Positions 40,765 through 54,681 of a stretch of DNA of 64,000 nucleotides are shown in pieces. The stretch comes from Octopus sinensis (Eukaryota), in contig NC_043012.1 in NCBI RefSeq assembly GCF_006345805.1, positions 38,316,001 through 38,380,000 on the forward strand, written 5' to 3'. A program made the position numbers and the translations under genes. The stretch's first letter is position 1, and each line of letters opens with the position of its first letter. The notes under the pieces are model-generated. The model ran no database searches. It had not been told where the DNA came from and was given only the letters and a program-made list of their open reading frames with translations.

Positions 40765-40989
40765 CTTACATTCATAAATACAAATGAGCTGAAACTGGAA
40801 AAATCAATCAGAATCAAAATATGAATATATGTATAGACACACCCACACACACACACATCTTAGTGTCACAAGCGAATAAATAAGTCCTGCAACATTTCTC
40901 AATGGAAAAAGCATGTGCTTTGCCAATTGTTTCTATATTTGAAACGCTCGACGCCATGACAGTGACGTCGCCTGCGTATGCAGACACAA

Positions 40990-41160
40990 CAACAACAAGA
41001 GCAACCTCAGGATTCCATTGGTACTTAATTTATTGACTCCGAATGTGAGGAAAGGCAAAGTCGATCATCGGCGGAATTTGAACCCAGAACGTAGCGACGG
41101 GCGAAATACAGCTAAGCATTACGTGAAGCAGGCTGGTGATTCCTCCAAATCACCTCCTTA
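40990..41160 (-). mobile_element. SINE family B copy, minus strand
   Basis: Reverse complement reads TAAGGAGGTGATTTGGAGG..GTTCTGGGTTCAAATTCCGCCG. Confidence 0.72.
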
Positions 41161-41162
41161 AC

Positions 41163-41215
<53 letters not shown>

Positions 41216-41236
41216 TAATAATAATAATAATAATAA

Positions 41237-44187
41237 ACTGAAACAAAAAGCGATATCACTGAGTTAAATGACTTAGTATACGCAGCAGCCACTGCAGCCA
41301 CAAAAGAAGCTGGATACTCACTCAAACCCACCCAAACAGGAGTACCACAATCCAAACAAACCCTGTGGATAAATAACATCCAAAACAAAATACAAAAAAT
41401 GAGAAAAGATCTGTCGATTCTTAATGAAATCAGTAGACAATCAACGCTACTGAGCAACAAAAAGAAAACAAAAATACTCCGCAAATATGACATCACAGAA
41501 AAAGATTTACCTGAGATAAAAGAAAAGCTGAAGCAAGATATCCATGCCAAAGCACAAAGGATCCGCCGGTACGAGAAACGCCAGCGCTTCTTTGAACAAA
41601 ACAAAAAGTTCAACTCCAACACCCAAAAGTTCTACCAAGAACTTGGCAAAAATAAAATAGAAATCACTGCGGCACCAACGGCAGAAGAAGTGGAAGAATT
41701 CTGGAGAGAAATATGGTCGGCGAACGAACAACCAAAAAAAATAACAACTCGTCATCTGAACAACTTTGGACCCCCATAACAACTGAAGGGGTCATCCAGG
41801 CACTGCAAAGACTAAGCAACTGGAAGGCACCTGGGCATGACAAGATCCCCAACTTCTGGTTGAAATATCTAACAGGAATGCACAAAAATCTGGCTGAAAA
41901 CTTTAACAACATAATAGCAGAGCCAGAGACAATGCCTGAATGGCTCACGAAGGGGAAAACCATCTTAATTCCCAAATCAAATGAAAAAGAAAAACCAGAA
42001 AACTACAGACCAATAACCTGTACAAGACATTTACTGCACAAGACATGTACAAGACATTTACTGCAGTGATATCGCAAAGGCTGAACAAGCACCTGGACGA
42101 AAACAAACTGTTCCCAGAAGAGCAGAAAGGATGCCGCAAAGGATCATATAGCTGTAAAGATCAACTAATGATTAATAAAGCCATAACTGAAGACAGCCAC
42201 AGAAAGAAGAAAGGCCTCAGTATGGCCTGGATTGACTACAAAAAGGCGTTTGATAGCATCCCCAACACATGGATCCTCGAAACACTAGCCATTATCAAAG
42301 TAGCACCAACAATCATAAAATTCATAGGGCACTCTATTAATAAATGGCAAACAGTGCTACGGCTCCAAACAAAAGAGGGACTCATGAAAAACCAAAGCCA
42401 TCCCCATTAGAAGAGGAATATTCCAGGGAGACACGCTCTCTCCACTCCTTTTCCGCTTGGCACTGTCACCTCTATGTGATATGCTAAATAGAACTGGATG
42501 CGGATATAAATGTTACGGCAAAACGATCAGCCACCTTTTATATATGGATGACCTAAAACTATACGCTGCAAATGACAAACAGCTGGAAACACTATTAAAG
42601 ACAGTTCATGGATTTACCAAAGAAATAGATATGAAATTTGGATTAGAAAAATGCGCCAAAGTAACCCTGAAAAGAGGAAAACTAGTTAAGAGTAGCAACA
42701 TCACACTAGATAAAACCAATGAAATAAAAGAATTAGACCAAAGCCAAACTTACAAATACTTAGGAATCCATGAACTAGATAAGATACAACACACACAAAT
42801 GAAAGAGAAAATAAAAAAAGAATATTATAGACGAGTTAGATCAATACTAAAAACAGAGCTCAATGCTAAAAACAAGATAATAGGTATTAACACTTTAGAT
42901 GTCCCAGTTATAAGTTACAGCAACAATATTCTTAACTGGACACTAAATGAACTGATCAAAATAGATAGGAAAACAAGAAAAATAATGACAGGATCTAGGA
43001 TGCATCACCCAAAATCTGACATAGAAAGACTATATATACAACGTATAGAAGGTGGTAGAGGTCTTATACAGCTGGAAAACTACTATAAAATAACCACCAT
43101 AGGACTGCAAAAATATCTACTTCAGAAGGAAGGAAAACTGATACAAATAGCGGCAAAACACGAGCAAAACAAAAAACTGTTCTCAGTATTTAAGGAAGCT
43201 GACAAATACAAACAAGAAATCATACCACCTAATAAATATGAAGAAGAAGATGAAGAAACAACAAAAGCTATAAAACAAATGAAATCCAAACTAAAAATAG
43301 AACAGCAACGAACCATGATAAAACGATGGCAAGAAAAGCCCCTTCATGGTAAATACTGGACTAAACTAAACGCAAAAGAAATAGACAAAGAAAAATTCCA
43401 GCAATAGTTGAGAAGCTCAGGACTCAAAGCAGAGACAGAGGGATTTTTAATTGCAGCACAAGACCAAAGCCTCCCCACCAGAAATTACCAAAACATGTAA
43501 TGAAAAGAAATATAACAAGTAACTGCAGAATATGTGGAGATGGACACGAAACAACAAATCATATTATCTCTGGCTGCCCAGTCCTGGCTAAGAAGGAATA
43601 TATTCACAGACATGACAGAGTTGGAACCTACATACACTGGAAGCTATGCCAACATTATGGAAAAACAACAGAAAAAAGATGGTATAGGCACACACTAGAA
43701 AAGGTCACAGAATACGAGAAAGCAACCATACTCTGAGATATGCCGATACACACAGATAGAGAAATTAAGGCCAACAGACCAGACATAGTTGTCAGAGATC
43801 ATGAAGAAAAAATGCTTTCTAATTGATGTATCAATACCGGCAGATGACAACGTGTCTCTAAAAGAAATGGAGAAACTTTCAAAATACAAAGACCTGGAAA
43901 TAGCGGTAACCAGAATGTGGAATCTAAAAACAGAAAGAATTCCTATCATAATAGGTGCATTAGGCATGATAAAAAAATATTCAGACAAATACATAACAAA
44001 ACACCAGGACTTACAAACACATATAACATACAGAAAATTGCACTACTAGGCACTGCACACATCCTACGCAAAACACTTTCCATACAATAACCATCAGAGC
44101 ATCACCACAAATCACAGCACATACCCAAGGCACACAGAGCTGCGCTCGGTAGTGAAGTGAAAGCACGATATAAAAATAAAACTACTG
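41237..44187 (+). mobile_element. Dong/R4-clade non-LTR retrotransposon with restriction-like endonuclease, 5'-truncated and disrupted
   Basis: RT motifs WKAPGHD, YRPITC, EEQKGCRK, WIDYKKAFDS, IFQGDTLSPLLF, YMDD (42541-42552); AAQDQSLPTRNY; CX2CX8HX4C (CRICGDGHETTNHIISGC); RLE RPDIVV...LIDVSIP; (AAT)n on both flanks (41162-41236, 44188-44275). Confidence 0.9.
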
Positions 44188-44304
44188 AATAATAATAATA
44201 ATAAAATAATAATAATAATAATAATAATAATTATAATAATGAAAAATATAGTAATAATAATAATAGTGAATATAGTAACAAAAAACAACAACAATATTCA
44301 TATA

Positions 44305-45060
44305 TAAGCATTTTCCAAGGGAACTCGCTCTCTCCGTTACTCTTCGTCATTGTATTTATCTCTCTGACAAATATCCTGAGGAAATCCAGGCCTGCCTATG
44401 AATTTATCAAAACCGAAATGATAATAAATCATCTAATTTACGTGAATCACCTCAAATTGTATACAAAATGGTGAAAAAGCTGGACTCTTTGATCCATGCA
44501 GTAAGAGCATTCAATAGAGTTTGGGAGAAATAAGTAGGCAGTTCTAATTATGAAGTGAGACCGGAATGTGAACAATGAGAGCATAAAATTACCACAAGAA
44601 CACATCCTTAGATCGTTGTGGAATAATGGGGTGATGCGGGTACAAGTACCTGGAAATTCTGCAAGGGATAGGATAATAAAAGAAGGGAGAATTGAGAGAG
44701 AAAGTCACTAAAGATTATAAGAAAAGAATTCAGAAGGTGCTTGAAAGAAAATTAAATAGTGTAGAATATCATTAAAACAAAAATATGGTCTGTACCAGTA
44801 CTAAGATAGCTTCCCCCATTTGCTGAAATGGACAAACCCTAAGCTACAGAACTTGAATAGAAGAACAGGAAAGCTGTTCATAAAGCACAACTCATACCAT
44901 GTTAAAAGTAACATCGATAGTCTCAACTCTGAAAAAAGGAAGGCGGCAGAAAGTTACTAAAACACTGTTAGAATTGCGATACAGAGTCTGAAAAAAATAT
45001 GTCGATCAGTGTCATGAAATAATACACGTTTAGTGTGGATTGTTGTGAGAAAAAAACAAA
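44305..45060 (+). mobile_element. Older R4/Dong-like RT relic
   Basis: IFQGNSLSPLLFVI...NHLIYVNHLKLY and YKYL, homologous to 42420-43100 but strongly decayed. Confidence 0.72.
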
Positions 45061-45115
45061 ACAAAGAGTATTTGATACCTGAGACAATAGAGATAAATAA
45101 TGTTTTATATTTGTC

Positions 45116-45705
45116 AAGGCGGCGAGCTGGCAGAAACATTAGCACGCCGGGCGAAATGCATAGCCGTATTTCGTATGCCGTTACGTTCTGAGTTCAAATT
45201 CCGCCGAGGTCGACTTTGCCTTTCATCCTTTCGGGGTCGATAAATTAAGGACCAGTTACGCACTGGGGTCGATATAATCGACTTAATCCGTTTGTCTGTC
45301 CTTGTTTATCCTCTCTGTGTTTAGTCTCTTGTGGGTAGTAAAAAATAGGTATTTCGTCTGCTGCTACGGTCTGAGTTAAAATTCCGCCGAGGTCAACTTT
45401 GCCTTTCTTCCTTTCGAGGTCGATTAAATAAGTATCAATTACGCACCGCGGTCCATATAATCGACTTAATCCGATTGTCTGTCCTTGTCTGTCCCCTTGG
45501 TGTTTAGCCCCTTTTGCGTAGTAAAGAAATAGGTATTTCGTTTGTCTTTACGTTCTGAGTTCAAACTTCGCCGAGGTCCACCTTCCCTTGTATCCTTTCG
45601 GAGTCGATAAATTAAGTACCAGTTGCGCACTGGGGTAGATATAATTGACCCCTTACCCCCAAAATTCGGGCCTTGTGCCCAGATTAGAAAAGAATATTCC
45701 ATATT
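45116..45705 (+). mobile_element. SINE family B with three tandem 183-184-bp internal units
   Basis: Head AAGGCGGCGAGCTGGCAG; units begin GTATTTCG at 45166, 45349 and 45533. Confidence 0.88.
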
Positions 45706-46392
45706 TGTCGAATCAATCACTAGCTCTTTTGAGTTACGCTGTTAATTGCATAGGGTCTTCAAGCAAGTTGCAGCTTACCTGACGAAGACCCTATACACCT
45801 GCAGACATAACTCAGAGTAGCGAGAGACTTACGACAAAATAAAACAAAATCTTACGCGCGCGCGCGCGATATACGTATGTGCTTGTCTATATGCATGCAT
45901 AAATAAATGTCTAAATATTGATGCAAAGAATTCGTTTTTTTTCCCCCGCAGCTAATGCAAGCCAGAGAGAATGTATCAGTAAGAAGACATAACAACATGG
46001 TAATGAATCACTCTCCATCCTGTTGGCTGCTGTCTGTATTCTTCCCTAGCAAAGCATAACGCTATATTTGAAGCATTAAACGAAGACAAATATGTGATAC
46101 ATCAAACGAAATATATACAATGTTTTCCTACCAAAGCTGACATTTATGTTTTCTTCACCTAAACGTTGTATAATCCAAAATGGTTGCGCATGCACACACT
46201 GCTTCAATACAACTTGCAACATACACACACACGCACACACAAACACCTCCCCACACACACACGTACACCTATGCGCGTACACACATATACATATATCTAC
46301 TTATATATATATATAACACTATGCATGTGTATACATATATATATATATATATATATATATGCAGATATATAAATGTATGTATGTATGTATAT

Positions 46393-46455
<63 letters not shown>

Positions 46456-46493
46456 TACATTTATATACCTGCATATATATATATATATAAATG

Positions 46494-46546
<53 letters not shown>

Positions 46547-46778
46547 CTATGTGTGTGGCTGCGCGCTTGCTCAGAACGGTGTGAATTTCATGTTAGCGTA
46601 TTTCTATTTATATTAGATTTTCAGATCTCCCCTCATAAAAGTCAATTTAAAAATTATGATGTGTTTGTTATGAGTAAACATAGGAAGCTGTGTGTGTTTG
46701 AATGAGTTGAGGAGGATGCTAGGAAAAGGGGAGATGAGAGGTATATATATATATATATTATATATATATATATATATA

Positions 46779-46846
<68 letters not shown>

Positions 46847-46861
46847 TATAAATATATATAT

Positions 46862-46906
<45 letters not shown>

Positions 46907-47215
46907 AGTGTGTGTGTGTGTGTGCTTCTGACGTAGTAGAGACTTTCAGAAGAAAGCACTGAGGGAGATGATGATGGGAGACGGAGATGTTTATGATGGT
47001 GGTAATAGTGAGAATAGTAGTGATGCTGTTATTGATGATGACTATGATGATGATAATGATGATGTTGATGGCGACGACAATGATGATGATGATGATAGTG
47101 ATGATGGCGATGAGGGTTGCGGTAGTGGTGATTGCATTTCTGGCTGTACTTGTGACGATGGCGGTGGTATTCATGATGGTGATGATAAATTCTAGGAAGT
47201 TGATGTTGCTGATTA

Positions 47216-49417
47216 AACTGGTCAGCAAATTGTCAAAAGTTGTGTGTTTCTTAAATGAGATTAGTTAATCCTCATGTATTTTCGTGTGCTGAATCCAAAT
47301 ATCACCTCGAAAATTGCTTATTAGCTAAAGATAAACGACATGTAATATTTGATTATTTTATTACAATGTTCGATGTGTGTCATTATGTTTAAACCTCTTG
47401 TCCGTATCTAATCTCTGCTCTTTGCTTGACGCTTATTGAGAGCTGAGGAATAATCTCGTGCCAATGTCCAGGCAAGCATCATTTTGCTCCATCCTCCCTG
47501 GTACCGCTTATCCATGGTTGAAATATCTTGATGAAACTCTTGACCATGTTCGTCACTAACTGCCTCACAGTTTGCTGGAAAAAGTCTAAATGTAAGTCCA
47601 CAACGCGGATTTGACGCGTTATGTTACATCCCATGTTCTTGTAAGTCTTGGTGAGGTTTTTACGACCAATTCTTCACAGTTTCCGAGAAATCCCTTCGCC
47701 ACTAACTTGGATGCTGATTCAAAGTCACCATCTTTAAGAAGTTCTCGAATCTCTCTTTTATCTTGTCGTTCAGTGGGAGGAATTTCGATGATAAATACAT
47801 GAATACCTGACCGGATTTGTTCAAAGCTTTTACAGAATTTTTCATGAGCCCCAGTTTTATGTCTAGTGGTAGCAAAAATTTTGTTTAGTCTAGTGAAAGG
47901 TGGATGTTGAACATTTTTCATCTCACGCTTCAATGCTTGACGAGGTGGCTAGTCTCTCCCGACAGAGTGGGAACTTCTTGCATAGTTGTCCCATTCACAC
48001 GGAAAGCAGCAGCACTTGGTGTATCCGCCCTGCAATCCCATCACAAAAGCAACAACCTTTAAGTCATCACAGAGCTGCCATTGTTGTTCACTATATTTGA
48101 TGCATTGCAGCACAAGTGTTATATATTCATAAGTGTCTTTCATATGTGATGCATAGCTCACAAGAACTGAAGGTTCACTATTGCCATTACGCAAAAAGAC
48201 TTCTTTCAGAGAAGTTTTTCATGAATCTATGAACAGCCGTCAGTGACTGGGTTCGTGTTCAATATCAAGTGCTTCCATCCGACCATTAATATTGTTGCAG
48301 GCCAATAAATCACTTCCCATTAGGAAGAAATTGCTGAACTGCTGTTGACAGTCATGAAATTTTGAAATTTTCACATCAGCTATTGAAGACTAGAGCTTAG
48401 AAGCTCTGCCTTATACTCAGGTAGTTGTAGATCCTCGACAAGGTCATGGATTTTCCCTCGTGTCATGAGATGTAGTCTCGATGAGTGTGTTTCATCAAAA
48501 TTTGGAGCACACTGTAATCTAAGCCGTCATATTTCTCCGCTTCCTTATCACCACTTTCTTCATTTGACTCGAAGAATATCTAAGCTGTTGCATCAAGAAC
48601 AGATAGACCTTCTCCACGTAGAACTGGGCGAGTAACTAATGGAATGTTTGGATATTCAATGGACTCGTTTTGTTTCTTCTTTGACAAGCCCTTTTTTACT
48701 GGAGGTACCATGCAGAAATAACAATTGTTGGTGTGGTCTGTTGACTCCAGTCACGTCATTGGCTCAACAAAAGACATTCCTTTCCTCTTCCTGTTCAACC
48801 ATTGACGAAGGCTGGTAGCACAATTGTTTCAGCCTATGTGAGGAGCCCAGCCCTTGTCCTTGTCACCAATCTTCCACCCAAAATATAGGTGATATGCCTT
48901 TCTCGCCATAGAAGTTATATGGCGCTTCTATGATGCGAAGGTCACCCTACCATGGATGTAGCAGAAATTGCATGTCTTATTCACAGAAGTATGAGGCATC
49001 TGAAAGGAGAAAGCAACAGACAATTAGATAATAAACAAAACATTTATTCATAATTTCATCATTAATCTTACAGTGCATGACAGCTTAGCAGATGGGTTTA
49101 AATCATTCAGTAGGAAAATAGAATTGATATCAAATGCCTCATATGCATATCAATGGCTTGTTCAATGAATATTTGTTATAAGTTTAAAAAGTGTTTGACT
49201 ACGAAAATCACTTCCCTTTCTCCTCATTATATAAACTTGCACAGCACAAGCACCACCTATGACTGCTGGAACAATACTGAAGGGCAGGGAATCTGTTGTA
49301 ACACGTACGTGTATCTTGGAAAAAGTAGAGCTTTGCCGTGATATCCTTTATCAGCGACCTAAAATTAATTGGAAATTGCTACTCTGATCTCAGAAGCATT
49401 TTGGTTGTTGACCAGTG
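47216..49417 (-). mobile_element. Chapaev3-like DNA transposon, full-length, decayed
   Basis: N-terminal NFCYI, GDKDKGWAPH, DHTNNCYFC; catalytic region LCDDLKVV..GLQGGYTKCCCFPCEWD and FLGN; TIRs AACTGGTCAGCAA (47216) and TTGTTGACCAGTG (to 49417); TTA on both flanks (47213-47215, 49418-49420). Confidence 0.8.
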
Positions 49418-50034
49418 TTAATTAATTAATTCAGATCAGTCGTAGCTTCTACAAGGTCGTAGAATAAATCTTACTGCTACAATACCATCTTTGACTGACT
49501 ATAAGCAAAAAAATATGAAATGATAGATGTCTCCACCTGCTGCTCAGGAGTCGCAGTGTGAGACATTAAAATCTAACTCTCTTAACATTCCACACTACAC
49601 AACATAGCTCTTATATCTTAATATTTCGTCAATTACAATTGTTTATTATGTAACACAACCGAAATGCACCACGTGAATTAATTAGCTAATACTTTACAAG
49701 AATAAATAGGAGAAGAAACAATTTCTAAATATGTAAATATCTGAGAAGAATTGTTGCTATAGAGATTATAATTATATTTATTCTAATATATTCGTATCTA
49801 TATCTGAATAGCTATATTTATATACTTACATAAGCATGTTTGTGTGTATATATATATATATATATATAACAATTAATAAGAGGAATGACCACTAAAGTGG
49901 GTCCCTATACGGTAGAAATAGAAGTCAAATCGCCTTACTACAAAGAGTGCGTTCTCAAGAAAAAACCCAGCAAACGCCAAAATATAAAAAATAAGGAAGG
50001 CAAATGAAAATTTCTACCCTCAGTATTTTAATTT

Positions 50035-50106
<72 letters not shown>

Positions 50107-50160
50107 TATATATATATTATATATATATATTATATATATATATAGATATATGTATATATG

Positions 50161-50196
<36 letters not shown>

Positions 50197-50228
50197 TATA
50201 TATACTCATGTATATTTATATAAGTATG

Positions 50229-50260
<32 letters not shown>

Positions 50261-51367
50261 TGTATGTATGTATCTATCTATCTATCTATCTAACCATATT
50301 TATATATGTATATGTGAACCAAAATGCTACAAGAGTCAATATGTATGACCATCAGGTATTCTAGTGCGAAATATCGACATTTTCCCAGAATGCTCTCGAA
50401 CAAGTTGGCATTTATGTGGGAGTAAGTTTGTAGCGCTTCTTAGCATAAAAGTTGCTAAGAATTTAACTGACTCCCAAAAGACTGGGCTAACAGAGTAAAT
50501 ACTTTGATGCAAACGTACGTGATGTTAGGCTTGTAGTAAAACAATTCGGGCGTTGTAGCCATTAGGTTCCACCTAACAGTTTAGCAAAGGATAGACATTA
50601 TTTAACTTAAGCTTAGAGATAATTGGTAGAAAATCAATTAAAGAAGCCATAGAACAGAAGTGGTAGAATATTGGTTGCTTTGCAACCTTGGTTCCGGCTT
50701 TTGAATTCTGTGCTTTTTGACGGAAGATTTCAATTCGTTCCCCAATTTCGAATCATCACGAAGTCTTTGATTATCCTTTGCAGAGTTGACCCTTCCGGCT
50801 TGAGGGTAACTCTTTGTTTGTTTGTTTGTTTGTTTGTTTGTTTCTCTCTCTCTCTCTCTCTCTCTTATTCTCCCCCCTTCTCAGAATCCGCGAGAAAAAA
50901 GCGTGCTTAGTTCTGGTTTTCGTATCTTGATTATCTGGTGAATAAACGATCGATAAATGACCCGTAAATGACCAATATATGACCAATGAATGACCAATAT
51001 AAAAATCTATTTTAGATAATGATTGATTTCTGAGTTTTAAAATTTCAAGAGAAACGACGCCAATTTTTCCTGTCTTCCAGCAATCTCAGATAAAGAACAT
51101 GTTAAGTTGTATTCTTCGATCTCTACGGCAACTGATTTATTGAGTTTATACACAAAAACTGAACGGAACCTTACCAACTGGAATCATCAGCAGTTGCCTT
51201 GGATACTGAATTCTATTTTGATGTAAAGAATCTAAGAGAAACACGTGTTACCAGGAATACCTTGGTGATGGTGATACGCTGTTAGGTTAAAATAAAAACT
51301 CTTCGGTTGCTTACTCTAACGCAAACATCACACCTTCCTTCTAAGCGATATATTTCCTGTTTCCCGT

Positions 51368-51431
51368 GGGAAATATAACTCTAGAATTGTGATTGGTTAT
51401 TGGGACATATAACTCTAGAATTGTGATTGGT
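51368..51431. repeat. 34-bp-period direct tandem duplication
   Basis: GGGA(A/C)ATATAACTCTAGAATTGTGATTGGT at 51368 and 51402. Confidence 0.9.
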
Positions 51432-52939
51432 CTTAGATTAGTTTAGGTTACAAACAGATTCGATTGAGAGATGTTCCAGCCGTGACCACAACGTTTTTCG
51501 TTTTCGAATTAGTGAATCTGAAATTCATTTATCTCAAATACCCAGCTTTTCTAAAGACAGTAGATCGAGTTGTTGGAGATTTGGCTCTTATGCAGAGAAG
51601 GTAAAACTACTATATAACTCTAACAATGCTGTTTCTGATACTACTGAATGCCAGATCGGCCCTAATCGAACTGATTCTAAATCGAAAGTGCTATAGTTAT
51701 GACTCTCTGTCAGTTTTATTTCTTGACGTTTTGAACTACGCTATCGAGTGTTCCCTTCATTATTGAGACTGTAGAATGTAATTTGAATTAGATTTGGCTG
51801 ATATCTATTGCAGATTAGTCTTCTACAAAACGGATGTTTGAACGACTCCTTTATTTCTATGTATATATTTTTTATGTTTACCTCCAGATCATTACAAGAA
51901 GAGAAGTACGTGTAAAAGCCAAACTCAGTGTTCGTATCTCCTCTTAGCTATAGTCACAAATATTGGGTGAAGACCGAAATTATACGATTGCAAATACGAG
52001 AGATGGTGTTCATTCGAAGTGTCTATGTAAATTTACTCGCTAGGATGCATGAGAGGGGCGCTGCAAGTAGAGCCACTTTTTCTTCTACGAACTGCGAGAT
52101 CACAGATCCGATACTACGATCATGGAGTTCGAATATATTAGGAAAGTTGAGATGAGCAAGTTTTACAAGCAAGACTAACGATATGATGCCCAGGGGTAGA
52201 CGGCGAACAAGGTGGTTCAACAACATTCATGAGCTTAGCTGGTCACGTTTGAGATTCAGCCAAATCTATTGAAGATGGCTGCAACTGACGAATCAGTTTG
52301 AAAGAAACATTTATGAAGTCAGTGTATTTAACTCGTACCATATTCTTCAAAATTTGTGACGATTGCATTGCATATGACAGGAGGTAAATACTTCAAAATG
52401 TTTGGAGGGGAACAAAAAAGACGGAGAAACACTTCAGCGAAGAATTCTAAACAGGAATAGAGATTGAATCGTAAAAATGGCTTTGCAGGAATTCCACGAT
52501 GTCACATTTATGATTTTATACAGAAGTTAAAAAAAAACGAGAAAAAAGGCGTAAGAGATGATTAAAAGAATATAAAATGGCCATGATCATAGTGGTGGTG
52601 ATGCTGATGATGGGGGTGATGATGCTGCTGATGATGATGCTGCTGATGATGATGGTGACCATAAGGATGATGATAGTTGATGATGGTGAACATGGTGATG
52701 ACGACGATGACGACGAGGCTGCTGCTGATGATGATGATTATAATACTAAGGATGATGATGATGATGATGATGTGGATGAGGATGGTGATGATAACAGATA
52801 TCAATGAGAAAAGGAAGATAATCACAAAGCCGCACCATTAAAGATGTTTACTAAGAGAACAACAAGAACAGCAACAACTAAAAGAACGAAAGCAAGAGCA
52901 ACAGCAAAAATAATATATAATTTTAAGAAGGAGTTTTAG

Positions 52940-53484
52940 CTGAACATATCCTGATAATGAGAAGAGAGAAAGGGCGAGAGAGAGAGAGGGGGGAGAGACG
53001 GAAAGAGGGAAGAGGGAGAAAAAAGTGAAAAAGAGAAGGACAGAGTGAAAAAGAAGAAATGAGAGGGAGAAAGTGTGTGTGTATGTGTGTGTGATGGGTG
53101 TATAAGGGCAGTGGGTTGTTGGGAGGGGAGAGATGAGGTCACGTGAATAAAGACCAGCTTTAAATAATATACAAATATTTAGATGAGAATGACCTGGGGA
53201 AAAATATATGATAAACGAGGGAAGAAAGACGTAAAATAGGGAAGAAGAAACCGGGGTGGGGAAGGGGTGGCAGAAGAAGGTGATGAAGACGAAAAAGTAA
53301 AAAACGAAGGAGATGATGATGAAGAAGAAAGAAATAGAAGTAGAAGTAAAATGAGAAGTAGAAGAAGAGGAAGTAAAAGAAGTGGGAGAAGGAGGAAGAG
53401 GTGGAGTTGATGATGAGGAAGAGGAAGGGAATGATGAAGAGCAAGAAATAGAAGTAAAATAAAAATAAGAAGAAAATGGAGAAG

Positions 53485-53516
<32 letters not shown>

Positions 53517-54645
53517 GAAGAAGAAGGAGAAGAAGAAGGAGAAGAAGAAGAAGAGGATGAAATGCAAGAAGTAGAAGAAAATGAGAAGTAGGAGAAAAGG
53601 TAGAAAAAGAAGAGGAAGAGACGAGAAAGAAGAAGAAGACGGGGAGGAGGAAGGGAGGGTTAAATGATGAAGAAAAAGACGATGATGATGATGCTGATGA
53701 TAAAGAGCAAGATGTAGAAGTAGAAGAAAGAGAAAATGAAGGAGGAAGATGAGGAAAAGAAGAAGAGGGAGGATTCAAAGAAAAAGAATAAGGAGAAGAA
53801 TAAGAAGAAAGAGATAAAGAAGAAGAAGCAGAAGGACAAAAAGAGGAAGGAGTAGAAGGAAAAGAAGGAAAGAGAATGAGAGGATGATGAAGGAGGAGAA
53901 GAAGAAGAAAGAGAAGACGAGGAAGACAAAGAAGAATATAAGCAAATGATACTGATAACTATTTTACTATTGTCACCAGGGAAGCAGATGACAAAACGTG
54001 ACAGAAACATGTACGGAATTTTACACTGCAATCAATAAAGAAGACAACATTCAAATTAGGGCTCAAACGCTTATAGAGAGACTGCCATCTTAGGTTGAGT
54101 AAAGAACCTGTTCCTTGTCCTGCATAGACTGGCTAACTCTGACTGTCAAAAATCAGTGCTACCTCTACACTGTATTTACCCTCATGCAGGGACAAAATAC
54201 ATGTTGACTTATTCAAAGAGACCACACCCACTGCTAAAAATGATTTGTTACAGAGGAAGTAATGCAATTCTGGAGGCCAGTAACGTAGACACACCTAATG
54301 CGTCCAACTGTGGTCCATCTATTCTCTAGATCCTGTGAAGATGAATAATTCGGTAAAATTCGAAATAATACTGTAAAAAGACTGTGCTAATAGAACGCAA
54401 GGCTGTAATCTTTCTGTATCATGCTTTTACTCTTCTGCCAACGAAATGATGATGATGACGATAACGATGATGATGATGACGATGTTGATGATGATGATGA
54501 TGATGACGACGACGACGATGATGATGATGATGATGATGATGATGACGACGATGATGATGATGATGATGAGGATATTGATGATGATGATGATGATGACGAC
54601 GACGATGATGATGATGATGATGAGGATGATGATGATGATGACAAC

Positions 54646-54681
<36 letters not shown>

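Noticed and set aside
50955-51000. Short ATGACC repeats as a nuclear-receptor element cluster
   Set aside because: Four short imperfect repeats in AT-rich DNA are readily explained by slippage.
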